Shown here one piece after another: positions 1 through 9,514 of a stretch of 32,000 nt of DNA (position 1 is the stretch's first letter; each line of letters opens with the position of its first letter). Position numbers and translations under genes: made by a program. The notes beneath the pieces are model-generated. The model saw nothing but the letters and a program-made list of their open reading frames with translations, had not been told where the DNA came from and ran no database searches. The stretch comes from Erysipelotrichaceae bacterium (GTDB lineage Bacteria > Bacillota_I > Bacilli_A > Erysipelotrichales > Erysipelotrichaceae): positions 30,001-62,000 of the forward strand of contig JAUVVC010000003.1 of assembly GCA_030604855.1 (NCBI GenBank), given 5' to 3'.

Positions 1-153
1 GATTTGAGTGATAGCCTGGTGGTTTTCTACAATGGACGCATCGTTGGGTATTTCGAAGATGCATCCTTGCTAAGTGAAACTGAATTAGGTTTATATATGT
101 TGGGCTTGAAAGCTCAGAGTGAAGCTGAGATAAGGAGATGTGTGTATGCTTAA
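1..153 (+). CDS. ABC transporter ATP-binding protein, C-terminal fragment (5' end outside window)
   Basis: Frame 1 is open from base 1 to TAA 151-153. The translation DLSDSLVVFYNGRIVGYFEDASLLSETELGLYMLG resembles the tail of sugar/nucleoside-type ABC ATPases. Two cognate permease genes follow directly. Confidence 0.55.
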   Translation, partial: DLSDSLVVFYNGRIVGYFEDASLLSETELGLYMLGLKAQSEAEIRRCVYA

Positions 154-1219
154 ACAATGGTTAAAGAAGCAATCTGTTGATTCTAAGTTTGAAACCTTAC
201 GTTTCAGTGTCGCAATCATCATCGCTTTGTTGGTGGCTTTTGGTTTGATTCTCTTGGTCAGTAAAGAACCCTTTGAAGCGTTGAGACATCTGTTCTTAGG
301 ACCGATTTCAAAATTCAGAAAGATCGGTAATGTCGTAGAGACAGCGATTCCATTGACCTTCTTAGGCTTATCGGTATCGGTCATGTTTTCAGCGAATCAG
401 TTTAACATGGGTTCGTCAGGAGCCTTATTTATGGGCGGTACGGTCGCAGCCATCGTTGGTTTGACTTTACCTCTCCCGACCGGAATCCATCCGCTTGTCG
501 CACTTTTGTTCGCAGGGGTTGTGGGTGGAATCATCACTTCCATTCCCGCCATCATCAAGCTTAAGTGGAACGCATCGGAATTGGTCTCATCCTTGATGCT
601 CAATTTCGTGGCACTCAATCTTGGGCTCTATCTCATCATGAATCATTTCCGGGATCCCGATGCTGGAACCTTGGCATCCTTTAAGTTTCCAGCAACAGCG
701 TTATTGCCGACCTTAGTCAAAGGAACACGCATTCACTTCGGTATCTTCATCGTCATTTTGATGGTCATCGTGATTTGGTTGTTTTTAGCCAAAACCAAAT
801 GGGGTTATGCGTTGCGCATGACTGGGATGAACATGAATTTTGCGAAGTATTCGGGTATTTCAACGGCAGCCGTCATTCTCTATTCTCAATTCATTGGGGG
901 CTTCTTAGCGGGAATGGCTGGAGCTGTCGAAGTCTTAGGGATGTATGATCGTTTTAGATGGCAAATGATGCCGACCTATGCATTTGATGGGGTCATCGTT
1001 GCCGTACTTGGGAAACGGAATCCGATCTTCGTACCGGTAGCGGCCATCTTGTTGGCGTACATCCGTGTTGGGGCGGATACGATGTCGGTGAATTCCGATG
1101 TCAGTTATGAAATGATTTCGATCATTCAAGGCTTCATCATCATCATGATCGCAGCCAATGCGTTCTTGAAACATTATCGTCAGAAAATGGTTGTTAAGGA
1201 GGCGACATCTCATGATTAA
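146..1219 (+). CDS. ABC transporter permease (BMP/nucleoside-type, YufP/NupB-like)
   Basis: ~357 aa multi-TM protein. AAGGAG at 132-137 lies 8 nt before ATG 146 (the track's GTG 140 is less likely). Sits between the ATPase tail and a second permease. Confidence 0.8.
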   Translation: MLKQWLKKQSVDSKFETLRFSVAIIIALLVAFGLILLVSKEPFEALRHLFLGPISKFRKIGNVVETAIPLTFLGLSVSVMFSANQFNMGSSGALFMGGTVAAIVGLTLPLPTGIHPLVALLFAGVVGGIITSIPAIIKLKWNASELVSSLMLNFVALNLGLYLIMNHFRDPDAGTLASFKFPATALLPTLVKGTRIHFGIFIVILMVIVIWLFLAKTKWGYALRMTGMNMNFAKYSGISTAAVILYSQFIGGFLAGMAGAVEVLGMYDRFRWQMMPTYAFDGVIVAVLGKRNPIFVPVAAILLAYIRVGADTMSVNSDVSYEMISIIQGFIIIMIAANAFLKHYRQKMVVKEATSHD

Positions 1220-2153
1220 TCTTTTAACACCTGAATTCTTGTTTACAGTCATTCGTGTCACCACACCGATCTTATTGGCAGCGATGGCTGCGGTCATCTG
1301 TAATAAAGCAGGTGTCGTAAACATAGCGCTTGAAGGGATCATGCTTACCTCTGCCCTTACTGGGGTCTTGATCAGTGGGTTTACACAGAATCTTTGGTTG
1401 GGTGCCTTGGGGGGTATTGTCGGAGGTGTCTTTATTGCCTTCCTATTGGCTTACTTTGCCTTGTATCTAAAGACCGATATCATTCTTGGTGGGATCGCAT
1501 TGAACTTGTTGACCGTAGGGGGCACCGTCTTCGTGATGTTTGCCATTACGGGGGATAAGGGTGCGACAAACTCGGTTCGTTCCCTTCAATTCCCGTCCAT
1601 CAATATTCCATTCATCCAAGACATCCCGATTATTGGGCAGATGTTGTCAGGGCACAATCTCTTGACCTATCTGGCCATTGTGATGGTGTTCTTGGTGTAC
1701 TTCTTACTCTATAAGACGACCTTTGGTTTACGTTTACGGGCTGTTGGGGAGAATCCAGATGCGGCTTCATCGGTTGGGATCGATGTCAATCGCATCCAAC
1801 TCTATGCATTGTTGCTGAGTGGTGTGATCGCGAGCTTCGGGGGCATGTACATGTCCATGGCTTATTTGAAAGTCTTCACCACAAACATGGTTGCTGGTCG
1901 TGGGTATATCGCCCTTGCGGCAGCTGCGATGGGTCAAGCCAATCCAGTGGGTACAAGCATCGCTTCCTTGTTGTTTGGGTTCATGGAATCCTTTGGTTAC
2001 CAACTCCAATCCCGTGGTATTCCTTCGCAGTTTATCAATATGGTTCCTTACGTTTCGACGATCATCGGCTTAGTATTGTATGCGCAGTACCGTCAACGTC
2101 AAATCGCTAAGAAGAAGATCCAAAAAATACATGAAGAAGAGGTAAAAGCATGA
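1212..2153 (+). CDS. ABC transporter permease (YufQ/NupC-like second permease)
   Basis: Hydrophobic ~313 aa. AAGGAGG at 1196-1202 precedes ATG 1212. The stop TGA 2151-2153 overlaps the next start as ATGA. Confidence 0.8.
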   Translation: MINLLTPEFLFTVIRVTTPILLAAMAAVICNKAGVVNIALEGIMLTSALTGVLISGFTQNLWLGALGGIVGGVFIAFLLAYFALYLKTDIILGGIALNLLTVGGTVFVMFAITGDKGATNSVRSLQFPSINIPFIQDIPIIGQMLSGHNLLTYLAIVMVFLVYFLLYKTTFGLRLRAVGENPDAASSVGIDVNRIQLYALLLSGVIASFGGMYMSMAYLKVFTTNMVAGRGYIALAAAAMGQANPVGTSIASLLFGFMESFGYQLQSRGIPSQFINMVPYVSTIIGLVLYAQYRQRQIAKKKIQKIHEEEVKA

Positions 2154-3073
2154 TTCCAATCATCATGGATTGTGATCCTGGGCACGATGATGCGATTGCG
2201 CTGTTGATGGCGTTCGCATCCGATGCCTTTGATATCAAAGGGGTGACCATTACCGGTGGAAACCAGACCCTTGCGAAGACACTGAATAATGCCCGTAAGG
2301 TGCTTAGTTTTGCAGGCAAGACAGCTCGGATTGCGGCGGGCTCGGATAAACCAATCCTTCGTGAACTCGAGGTTGCCCCTCAAGTGCATGGAGAGACAGG
2401 CTTGGATGGTCCGGTACTTCCGGAATCCGATCTACCCGTTGAACCGATGCATGCGATTGAATTGATGAAAGAAATCTGTGATCAAAGTCCAGAGCCCGTC
2501 ACACTCATTGCGACCGGTCCTTTGACCAATGTGGGCACATTCTTGACGATCTATCCTGAATGCAAAGCAAACATCAAACAGATTGCCATCATGGGTGGAT
2601 CCATGGTGGGAGGAAACTGGACATCCAGTGCCGAATTCAATATCTTGGTAGATCCAGAAGCTGCGGACATCGTCTTCAGTTCGGGCATTCCAATCATCAT
2701 GGCGGGCTTGGATGTGACACATAAGGCACTGATTTATGAAGAAGATGTGGAACGCATTCGTGCTGTCGGTAAGAAAGTATCGACCATGGTAGCGGAACTC
2801 TTGGATTTCTTTATGAAATTCCATAAATCCATGGGTTACCATGGGGCACCCTTACACGATGCCTGTGCGGTTGCTTATTTATTGAAACCAGAAATATTCA
2901 TTGGTAAAGATTATTACGTTGAGATTGAGACGAAGGGTGAGTTCACAACAGGAAGTACGGTTGTGGATCAATTCAATCGCTACAAAAAGAAAGCAAACAC
3001 CAAAGTGCTCTTAGACTTGGATCGCCAAGCCTTTGTGGATCTCTTGGTTGACTTGGTGAATCACTATGCTTAA
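2150..3073 (+). CDS. nucleoside hydrolase (IUNH family)
   Basis: N-terminal DCDPGHDDAIAL is the DxDxxxDD Ca-binding fingerprint of inosine-uridine-preferring nucleoside hydrolases. 307 aa. Confidence 0.85.
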   Translation: MIPIIMDCDPGHDDAIALLMAFASDAFDIKGVTITGGNQTLAKTLNNARKVLSFAGKTARIAAGSDKPILRELEVAPQVHGETGLDGPVLPESDLPVEPMHAIELMKEICDQSPEPVTLIATGPLTNVGTFLTIYPECKANIKQIAIMGGSMVGGNWTSSAEFNILVDPEAADIVFSSGIPIIMAGLDVTHKALIYEEDVERIRAVGKKVSTMVAELLDFFMKFHKSMGYHGAPLHDACAVAYLLKPEIFIGKDYYVEIETKGEFTTGSTVVDQFNRYKKKANTKVLLDLDRQAFVDLLVDLVNHYA

Positions 3074-3995
3074 AACACCGATTATTTTGGATTGCGATCC
3101 AGGTTTGGACGATGCGATTGCGATTTTCATCGCATTGGCCAGTCCGGAGTTTGATGTCAAAGGCATCGTTACCGTTGCCGGTAATCAGACTTTGGACAAA
3201 GTCACACGCAATGCGTTGCAGTTGTTGGAAGTCTGTAAGAGTGATGTGCCGGTTGTCAAAGGTGCAGCTCTTCCACTTGTTCGCGAGCAGGTCACAGCAG
3301 GCTATGTGCATGGTGCGAGTGGGTTGAAGACCTTGGTTTTACCTGAACCTAAAAGAACAGCGCAAAGTAACGCGATTCAGTTCATCTATGATACGGCTGT
3401 TGAACTTAAGGGTGAATTGGTCATCGTGGCCGTTGGTCCATTGACCAACATCGCACATGCCATTCTGATTCATCCCGACCTCAAGGATCACGTGAAGAAG
3501 ATCGTGATCATGGGCGGTGGTCATCACAATGGAAACATCACTCCAGCTGCGGAATTCAACATCTTTGCGGATCCTGAGGCAGCGAAAGTCGTCTTTGAGT
3601 CCGGTATTGAGTTGGTCATGGTTGGTTTGGATGTGACCATGGCGGATGGGTTGAGCAAAGATGAAGTCTTATCCCTATTCACAAAACACAACGAACAAAC
3701 AAAGATCATCGAACACATTCTCTTGGATATGGTCAACAGTGAAGGTCCAGGATACAAACCCTGGGCGTACATCCACGATGCCATGGCCTTGATGGTGCTT
3801 TTGTATGATGATCTGTTAAGCGGACGTTGGTGTCATGTGGACATTGAAACCAAAGGTGAACGCAGCTATGGTAAGACGGTCGTGGATTACTACGATACCC
3901 ATAAATTGCCTAAGAATGCATTTGTGACATTCGAGGTCAATCGTGAACGTTTCCATCAAGCCATCCAAGAACGTTTGCGTGTTTATGAAAAATAA
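3066..3995 (+). CDS. nucleoside hydrolase (IUNH family), tandem paralog
   Basis: N-terminal DCDPGLDDAIAI fingerprint. 309 aa. Overlaps the previous gene by 8 nt. Confidence 0.85.
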   Translation: MLKTPIILDCDPGLDDAIAIFIALASPEFDVKGIVTVAGNQTLDKVTRNALQLLEVCKSDVPVVKGAALPLVREQVTAGYVHGASGLKTLVLPEPKRTAQSNAIQFIYDTAVELKGELVIVAVGPLTNIAHAILIHPDLKDHVKKIVIMGGGHHNGNITPAAEFNIFADPEAAKVVFESGIELVMVGLDVTMADGLSKDEVLSLFTKHNEQTKIIEHILLDMVNSEGPGYKPWAYIHDAMALMVLLYDDLLSGRWCHVDIETKGERSYGKTVVDYYDTHKLPKNAFVTFEVNRERFHQAIQERLRVYEK

Positions 3996-5262
3996 TATCA
4001 TCATATTTAACCACTGTACCCTTTTGGATGAAGCAGGAATGCTTCATCCAAATCAATCGCTTGTGATTGAAAACGGTATCCTCACGCGCATCACCAGCGA
4101 TGTTCTCGAGGGCATCGATTGCAGTGGTTTAGTCATAAGCCCTGGCTTTGTGAATCTACATACGCATGCGGCCATGAACATCTTCAAGGGCATTGCGGAA
4201 GATGTGAGCATCGATGCATGGTTCAATGAGGAAATCTGGCCGTATGAAAGTAAGATGGAAGAACAGGATGTTTACTTGGGGACACGGCTTGCGATGGCTG
4301 AGATGATGAAGAATGGTGTCACAGCCTATGCGGATCATTATTTCTCGCCGAACGCCATCTTGCGTGCAGCAGAGGAGATGGGCATCAAGACCGATCTGGC
4401 AATCACCTTATTTGGTTTCGCACCCAACTACCAAGACGACTTGAAACAAGCCATTGAATTGATCCGACAAAATAAGAATGAAAGAGTTCATCTCCGTTTA
4501 GGTCCGCATTCTCCTTATACTTGCAGTCCTGAGGTGCTCAAAGAGATTGCTGGACATGCCAAGGTGCTGGGTTGTGGACTTCATATCCATGTCTCAGAGA
4601 CACAGAGTCAAGTGGATGAAAGCATTCAAAACTACGGTAAGAAGCCGTTGGAAATCGTCTATGAAAGTGCTTGTCTGGATGTGCCTTGCATCATTGGTCA
4701 TGGTTTATACATCACCCCTGAGGAACATCCACTTTTACAAAAGGACACAATGATTTCCTTAAGTCCTAAAACCTATCTTAAATTAGCCATGGGCTTAGGT
4801 CACATGCCGGATTTGATTGATGATGAACATTATGCGATCGGTACAGATGGGGCAGCCTCAAGCAACAGCTTGAATCCACTCGAACAAGCACGATTATTGG
4901 GCTTGGTGCTGAAGGATGTTTATCAGGATGCACGCAAGGCCAAACTTGAACAACTTTGGAAGTTGTTGATGAAGGGCCATGAGGCCTTGCCTTTCAACAG
5001 TGGAAAACTCAAGGAAGGCTATAGTGCGGATCTAATCTTCTGGGATTTGAATCAAGTGCATACGATGCCTGTATACAATCCACTCGCAAGCATCCTCTAC
5101 AGTGCAAATGAAACCAATATCAAAGCGGTGATGATCAATGGGGAATGGGTTAAGAAGGACTATCAACTCTTACTCGATGAAACACTTCTCATTCAAGAAG
5201 TGAATGCACAAGTCCAAGATTTACTCAAACGGGGTAAAGGAAAGGCAAAGGTACATTTCTAA
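3985..5262 (+). CDS. amidohydrolase-superfamily deaminase (MtaD / nucleoside-nucleobase deaminase-like)
   Basis: Contains the metal-ligand motifs VNLHTHAAMN, HIHVSETQSQV and GTDGAASSN. Start trimmed to ATG 3985 (MKNNIIIFNHCTLL...), which matches the usual N-terminus of this family. Confidence 0.7.
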   Translation: MKNNIIIFNHCTLLDEAGMLHPNQSLVIENGILTRITSDVLEGIDCSGLVISPGFVNLHTHAAMNIFKGIAEDVSIDAWFNEEIWPYESKMEEQDVYLGTRLAMAEMMKNGVTAYADHYFSPNAILRAAEEMGIKTDLAITLFGFAPNYQDDLKQAIELIRQNKNERVHLRLGPHSPYTCSPEVLKEIAGHAKVLGCGLHIHVSETQSQVDESIQNYGKKPLEIVYESACLDVPCIIGHGLYITPEEHPLLQKDTMISLSPKTYLKLAMGLGHMPDLIDDEHYAIGTDGAASSNSLNPLEQARLLGLVLKDVYQDARKAKLEQLWKLLMKGHEALPFNSGKLKEGYSADLIFWDLNQVHTMPVYNPLASILYSANETNIKAVMINGEWVKKDYQLLLDETLLIQEVNAQVQDLLKRGKGKAKVHF

Positions 5263-6632
5263 TGAAAGCATGGGAGATTGAACGGCATAAAATGGATACA
5301 GCGATTCCGAGGATTCTAAGTGAAGATGAACAAACCTGGGATTTTGCGCAAGTATTGGAGAAGAATGCGGATGATTATCTCAAATTGATGTGGGAAAGTC
5401 ATGTGCCGGGTTCCTATGCACCGGAGTCTTTGATGGTGGCAGCGGTACAATCCTTAGAAAACAAAGGGTATTTCGTTGAAGATGGGGATCGTTTGATTCA
5501 AGAAGGTTTAAAAGCGCTTGAAGTGAGCGACATGCTCAAGCTCAATGAAGTGAGTGGTCTTCTTTGGAGAAGCATTCATCATGCCAAGGTCAATCAAGCG
5601 TCCTTCTACTGGCGTTATATGCCTTATCATGATTACCAACATTACTGCTCGAAATGCCAGTTCATTCCTAAAGTAGAAGTTGCTAAGGATGAGGTCTTAT
5701 TGGATAAGATCTATGCGGCTTGGTTGGCGCAAATCATCGGTGGAGCGGTCGGCACCGCATTGGAAGGGTATACGACTGAAAACATCAGAGCGACTTTTGG
5801 GGATGTCTATGACTATGTCCGTAAGCCGAACACCTACAACGACGACATCACCTTTGAATTGGCATTCTTAAAAGCCTTTCAGGAAAAAGGCAGAGCACTG
5901 AAGAGTGAAGACATCGCATTGAAGTGGTTGGCGTATATTCCCATGGCGTGGTCAGCGGAAGACATTGCGTTGAGAAATTTGAAACAGGGCATTTTCCCAC
6001 CTGAAAGTGGTCGTTTCAATAATCCGTACAGTGATTGGATCGGAGCTCAAATGCGTGGCGCCATTTGTGGCATGTTGGCACCCGGAGATGCCCGTGAAGC
6101 CGCGCGTTTGGCATGGTTGGATGCGCAAATATCGCATGATAATAATGGCATCCTCGGTGAAGTATTCAATGCGGTGCTAGTGGCATTGAGCTTTGTGATT
6201 CAGGATACGAAGACTTTGGTCACTGAGACTTTGGCCAGCGTTCCAAAAGACAGTGAATATTTCCATTTTGCGAATACCGCTTTGATTCAATGCCAAACGC
6301 ATGAAAAGTGGGAAGATGCCTGGACGGTTTGTGAGACCGTGTTTAAGGAATACAATTGGATTCATGCCTATCCGAATGTGATGGCTGAAATCGTAGCGCT
6401 TTGGTATGGTAAAGGTGACTTTACGGAGACCTTGCACATCATTGCGATGTGTGGTCAAGATGTGGATTGTAACGCAGCTCAAATCCTTGCGGCTTTAGGG
6501 GCGATGCATGGGTCGAAGAAGATTCCAAGCAAGTTCAAGAAACCCATCAAAGATCGTTTGGATACCTACTTAAGAGTGGATAAGAAGTTAAGCATCAAAC
6601 AACTTGCGAAGGATACCTTTGCTTGTCTATAG
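5262..6632 (+). CDS. ADP-ribosylglycohydrolase family protein
   Basis: 456 aa. GGAVGTALEG and the C-terminal CGQDVDCNAAQILAALGAMHG resemble the two conserved metal-site segments of the ARH/DraG fold. TAATG overlap with the previous gene. Confidence 0.6.
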   Translation: MKAWEIERHKMDTAIPRILSEDEQTWDFAQVLEKNADDYLKLMWESHVPGSYAPESLMVAAVQSLENKGYFVEDGDRLIQEGLKALEVSDMLKLNEVSGLLWRSIHHAKVNQASFYWRYMPYHDYQHYCSKCQFIPKVEVAKDEVLLDKIYAAWLAQIIGGAVGTALEGYTTENIRATFGDVYDYVRKPNTYNDDITFELAFLKAFQEKGRALKSEDIALKWLAYIPMAWSAEDIALRNLKQGIFPPESGRFNNPYSDWIGAQMRGAICGMLAPGDAREAARLAWLDAQISHDNNGILGEVFNAVLVALSFVIQDTKTLVTETLASVPKDSEYFHFANTALIQCQTHEKWEDAWTVCETVFKEYNWIHAYPNVMAEIVALWYGKGDFTETLHIIAMCGQDVDCNAAQILAALGAMHGSKKIPSKFKKPIKDRLDTYLRVDKKLSIKQLAKDTFACL

Positions 6633-6643
6633 GAGGAAGAAAT

Positions 6644-7546
6644 ATGGGAAAAATTGTTGTCGTAGGAAGCATCAATATGGATTACACTGCGATCATGGCG
6701 GAGTTGCCACGTCCAGGGGAGACCTTATTGGCTAAGGATTTTAAGATGTCAGGGGGTGGCAAAGGCGCGAATCAAGCGATGGCGGCCGCAATCTTCAGTG
6801 ATCAAGTCATCATGATCGGCATGTTGGGAAACGATCCCGCAGGCCATGCCTTGTATAAGAAGATGCAGTCTAGGGGAATCGATGTCTCGTGTATCGAATT
6901 CACAGAAACACCAACAGGAAATGCTTTGATCAATGTGGCTGAACAAGGAAAAAATACGATCGTTGTATTTCCAGGGGCGAATCATCAATTGACGCCTACA
7001 CAGGTGGCGAAGTATAAGGATGTGATTGAAGCGGCCGATATGGTCATGATGCAGTTGGAGATCCCGATGGAAACCGTGCGTTTCGTAACGGATCTAGCCT
7101 ATGCCGCGAATGTGCCTGTCTTCTTGAATCCTGCTCCAGCTCAAGCTTTGGATGCGGAATTGTTGTCGAAAGTCACCTACATCACACCGAATGAAACCGA
7201 ACTCTTACGCATCACGCAATCCTTTGATTCAACACGCGGTGCTGTGAGTTTAATGAACTTGGGTGTGAAGAATGTCATCATCACCTTGGGATCCAATGGT
7301 TGTTATGTGAAGAATGCTCAGGAAGAAGGACGCATCGGTACGTTTAAAGTGAACGCGATCGATACGACGGCTGCTGGGGATTCATTCAGTGGTGCTTTGG
7401 CGGCTCAGTTGGCGAACGGGGTGCCCCTTAAAGAAGCCTTGGTCTTTGCCAATGCGACCGGTGCCTTGACCACGACAAAAATCGGAGCTCAAGAAGCTTT
7501 ACCAAGCAAAGAAGAAGTCCTTGAGTTGATCAAACAAGGAAATTAA
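6644..7546 (+). CDS. rbsK: ribokinase
   Basis: Contains VVGSINMDY, GGKGANQA and DTTAAGDSF, the PfkB/ribokinase signatures. AGGAGG lies 6 nt before ATG 6644. Confidence 0.85.
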   Translation: MGKIVVVGSINMDYTAIMAELPRPGETLLAKDFKMSGGGKGANQAMAAAIFSDQVIMIGMLGNDPAGHALYKKMQSRGIDVSCIEFTETPTGNALINVAEQGKNTIVVFPGANHQLTPTQVAKYKDVIEAADMVMMQLEIPMETVRFVTDLAYAANVPVFLNPAPAQALDAELLSKVTYITPNETELLRITQSFDSTRGAVSLMNLGVKNVIITLGSNGCYVKNAQEEGRIGTFKVNAIDTTAAGDSFSGALAAQLANGVPLKEALVFANATGALTTTKIGAQEALPSKEEVLELIKQGN

Positions 7547-7550
7547 CACC

Positions 7551-7646
7551 ATGGAACTGATGTCAGGCTTAATCTTTGGCGGTTTAATGCTCGGGGCATT
7601 GGTTGTCTTTGTGTTGATTGTGATCATCTCTAAACGTAAAACGTAG
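7551..7646 (+). CDS. possible 31-aa hydrophobic peptide
   Basis: MELMSGLIFGGLMLGALVVFVLIVIISKRKT forms one TM helix with a basic tail. Lies between the rbsK stop and the operon terminator. Only a weak SD (AAGGA 10 nt upstream). Confidence 0.3.
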   Translation: MELMSGLIFGGLMLGALVVFVLIVIISKRKT

Positions 7647-7673
7647 AAAGACAGAAAACTCTGTCTTTTTTTT
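7647..7673 (+). terminator. rho-independent terminator of the nucleoside operon
   Basis: AAAGACAG-aaaact-CTGTCTTT followed by a T run. Confidence 0.6.
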
Positions 7674-7683
7674 ACAATCGTAC

Positions 7684-7738
7684 TTGACAAACTAACAAGT
7701 GTTAGTATAATAATTCTTGTAAACTAACACTTGTTAGT
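7684..7738 (+). promoter_or_regulatory. sigma-A-type promoter with two operator palindromes
   Basis: TTGACA 7684-7689, a 16-nt spacer, TATAAT 7706-7711. ACTAACAAGTGTTAGT (7691-7706) and its exact reverse complement ACTAACACTTGTTAGT (7723-7738) bracket the -10 box. Confidence 0.55.
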
Positions 7739-7750
7739 TTGGAGGACCCT

Positions 7751-8113
7751 ATGAATTCATTATCTTACATTCTCCCCTTGTTTGCCTTGAGCATCCTTGG
7801 CATAAACTTGATCCAATACCGCAAGCATCAGTCTTTAAAAATCGCCTTTATCTTATTTGTATTTGCCGGTTTAGCGTTGTGCATCGCAGTGGCACTACGA
7901 GATGGCTATGGTTTTAGTGAAGATGCCATATTACCTTTTGTTGGAACCTTATCAACGATTCTGAGTTTCTTAGGCGCAAGTTTGATCGTTCTAGCCCTTA
8001 TAGGAATACTTGTTAAAAACATCCGCGTACAGCGAAATGTGTTTCTGCTCATGAATGTGATCTTCGTTGTTAAGTTGGTGATTGTCGAAAGTAAAGTTTG
8101 GGGGATTTTCTGA
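7751..8113 (+). CDS. small integral membrane protein
   Basis: ~120 aa with 3-4 TM segments. GGAGGA 7741-7746 precedes ATG 7751. The stop TGA overlaps the next start as TGATG. Confidence 0.55.
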   Translation: MNSLSYILPLFALSILGINLIQYRKHQSLKIAFILFVFAGLALCIAVALRDGYGFSEDAILPFVGTLSTILSFLGASLIVLALIGILVKNIRVQRNVFLLMNVIFVVKLVIVESKVWGIF

Positions 8114-8853
8114 TGAACATCGTTATCATTCACGGAACTTATCACAAAGGAAGCACAGCATATTGTGCAGATCAGATCATTAAACAACTCGATCCGAAAA
8201 TCATACCGAATGTTCAAACATTTATGGCACCAGTTGTCTACCCGTCGCTGTGTGTTGGTTGTTTCAAATGCATCGTAGAAAGCGAAGAACATTGCCCACA
8301 CAATAAACAATCCATTGCATTGAAACAAGCGATAGTGGATGCGGATCTCGTAGTCTTGACCTCACCGGTATATGTCTTTGATGTGAGTGGTTCAATGAAA
8401 AATCTTTTGGATCATTTTGGGTATCAATGGATGTCTCATCGACCTAAACAAACCATGTTTACCAAGTTGGGTTTAAGTGTTGTTACGGCGGCAGGTGCTG
8501 GCTTGAGTTCTACTGAGAAGACATTAAAGACCAACCTACGTTGGTGGGGGATGAAGAAGGTCTTTGGCTTCAAACAAGCGGTGATGTCCAAAAGTGTTAA
8601 TGAAATCAGTCCTGAAGTATTAAGTAAAATTGATGTTCAAGCAAAGAAAGTAGCCAAAAAGATATCAAACGCTTATTTGAAGCCGCAGTCGAAGCCGGAG
8701 TTCTTGACACGATTCTACTTTGGCATCATGCGAATGGGTAAGAAAGGCCATCCAGAATGGAATGAACTCGATCATGCATATTGGATTAAGCATGGCTATT
8801 TTAATCAGAAACCGTGGGAAATCAGGGTAAGTCATGGTACGATGAATCCATGA
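8113..8853 (+). CDS. flavodoxin-like / NAD(P)H-dependent FMN oxidoreductase family protein
   Basis: MNIVIIHGTYHKGST..., a Cys cluster CVGCFKC...HC, and LVVLTSPVYVFDVSGSMKNLLDH are typical of the flavodoxin-fold FMN reductase / iron-sulfur flavoprotein family. Confidence 0.65.
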   Translation: MNIVIIHGTYHKGSTAYCADQIIKQLDPKIIPNVQTFMAPVVYPSLCVGCFKCIVESEEHCPHNKQSIALKQAIVDADLVVLTSPVYVFDVSGSMKNLLDHFGYQWMSHRPKQTMFTKLGLSVVTAAGAGLSSTEKTLKTNLRWWGMKKVFGFKQAVMSKSVNEISPEVLSKIDVQAKKVAKKISNAYLKPQSKPEFLTRFYFGIMRMGKKGHPEWNELDHAYWIKHGYFNQKPWEIRVSHGTMNP

Positions 8854-9449
8854 ATACAAAAGATAAAATCATCGATGTGGCTCTTGAGCGCTTCTCAACT
8901 TATGGTTACGCATCTGTCTCTGTACGCGATTTGGCAAAGGAAGTGGGCATCAAAGAGAGTTCACTTTACAACCATTTTAAAAACAAGCAAGATATCTTCG
9001 ATACGATCATTGAACGATGCATGGCTAAAGTCATGAAACACTACCAAACCATGCATTTGGATCAGACCCTTCAAGGTGATTTCACGGTTTATCGTGGCAT
9101 TTCCGAGGATGTGTTGCTCAATATTGCCTATGATCACTTTAGGTTCTATGTCGAAGATGTGGACATGAAACGATTTCGTCGGATCCTGATCATTGAACAG
9201 TTCAAAAATGAAACCATCCAGCAAATCTACCATACGCAATTCTTTGATGGCGCAATCCAATTTCAGACCCAACTGTTCAAACACTTGGGCGATACCGGGC
9301 ATTTAAGGGTAGAGGATCCTGAACGTTTGGCCTATGCGTTTTACACACCGATTTTCTTTCTTATGCATCGATATGATCGATACAACGACGAAGTCAAGCT
9401 TCAACTCAGTGCGCATATTCATCATTTCATTGAGCAATATAAACCCTAA
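8850..9449 (+). CDS. TetR/AcrR family transcriptional regulator
   Basis: N-terminal HTH region KIIDVALERFSTYGYASVSVRDLAKEVGIKESSLYNHFKNKQDIF. Start ATG 8850 overlaps the upstream stop as ATGA. Confidence 0.85.
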   Translation: MNTKDKIIDVALERFSTYGYASVSVRDLAKEVGIKESSLYNHFKNKQDIFDTIIERCMAKVMKHYQTMHLDQTLQGDFTVYRGISEDVLLNIAYDHFRFYVEDVDMKRFRRILIIEQFKNETIQQIYHTQFFDGAIQFQTQLFKHLGDTGHLRVEDPERLAYAFYTPIFFLMHRYDRYNDEVKLQLSAHIHHFIEQYKP

Positions 9450-9473
9450 AGACAGAAATTCTGTCTTTTCTTC
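9448..9473 (+). terminator. rho-independent terminator
   Basis: AAAGACAG-aaatt-CTGTCTTT followed by TCTT. The stem is the same as in the terminator at 7647-7673. Confidence 0.5.
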
Positions 9474-9514
9474 GTCTATCTTCATGATAATGCGCTCTAT
9501 AATAAAGAGAGACG

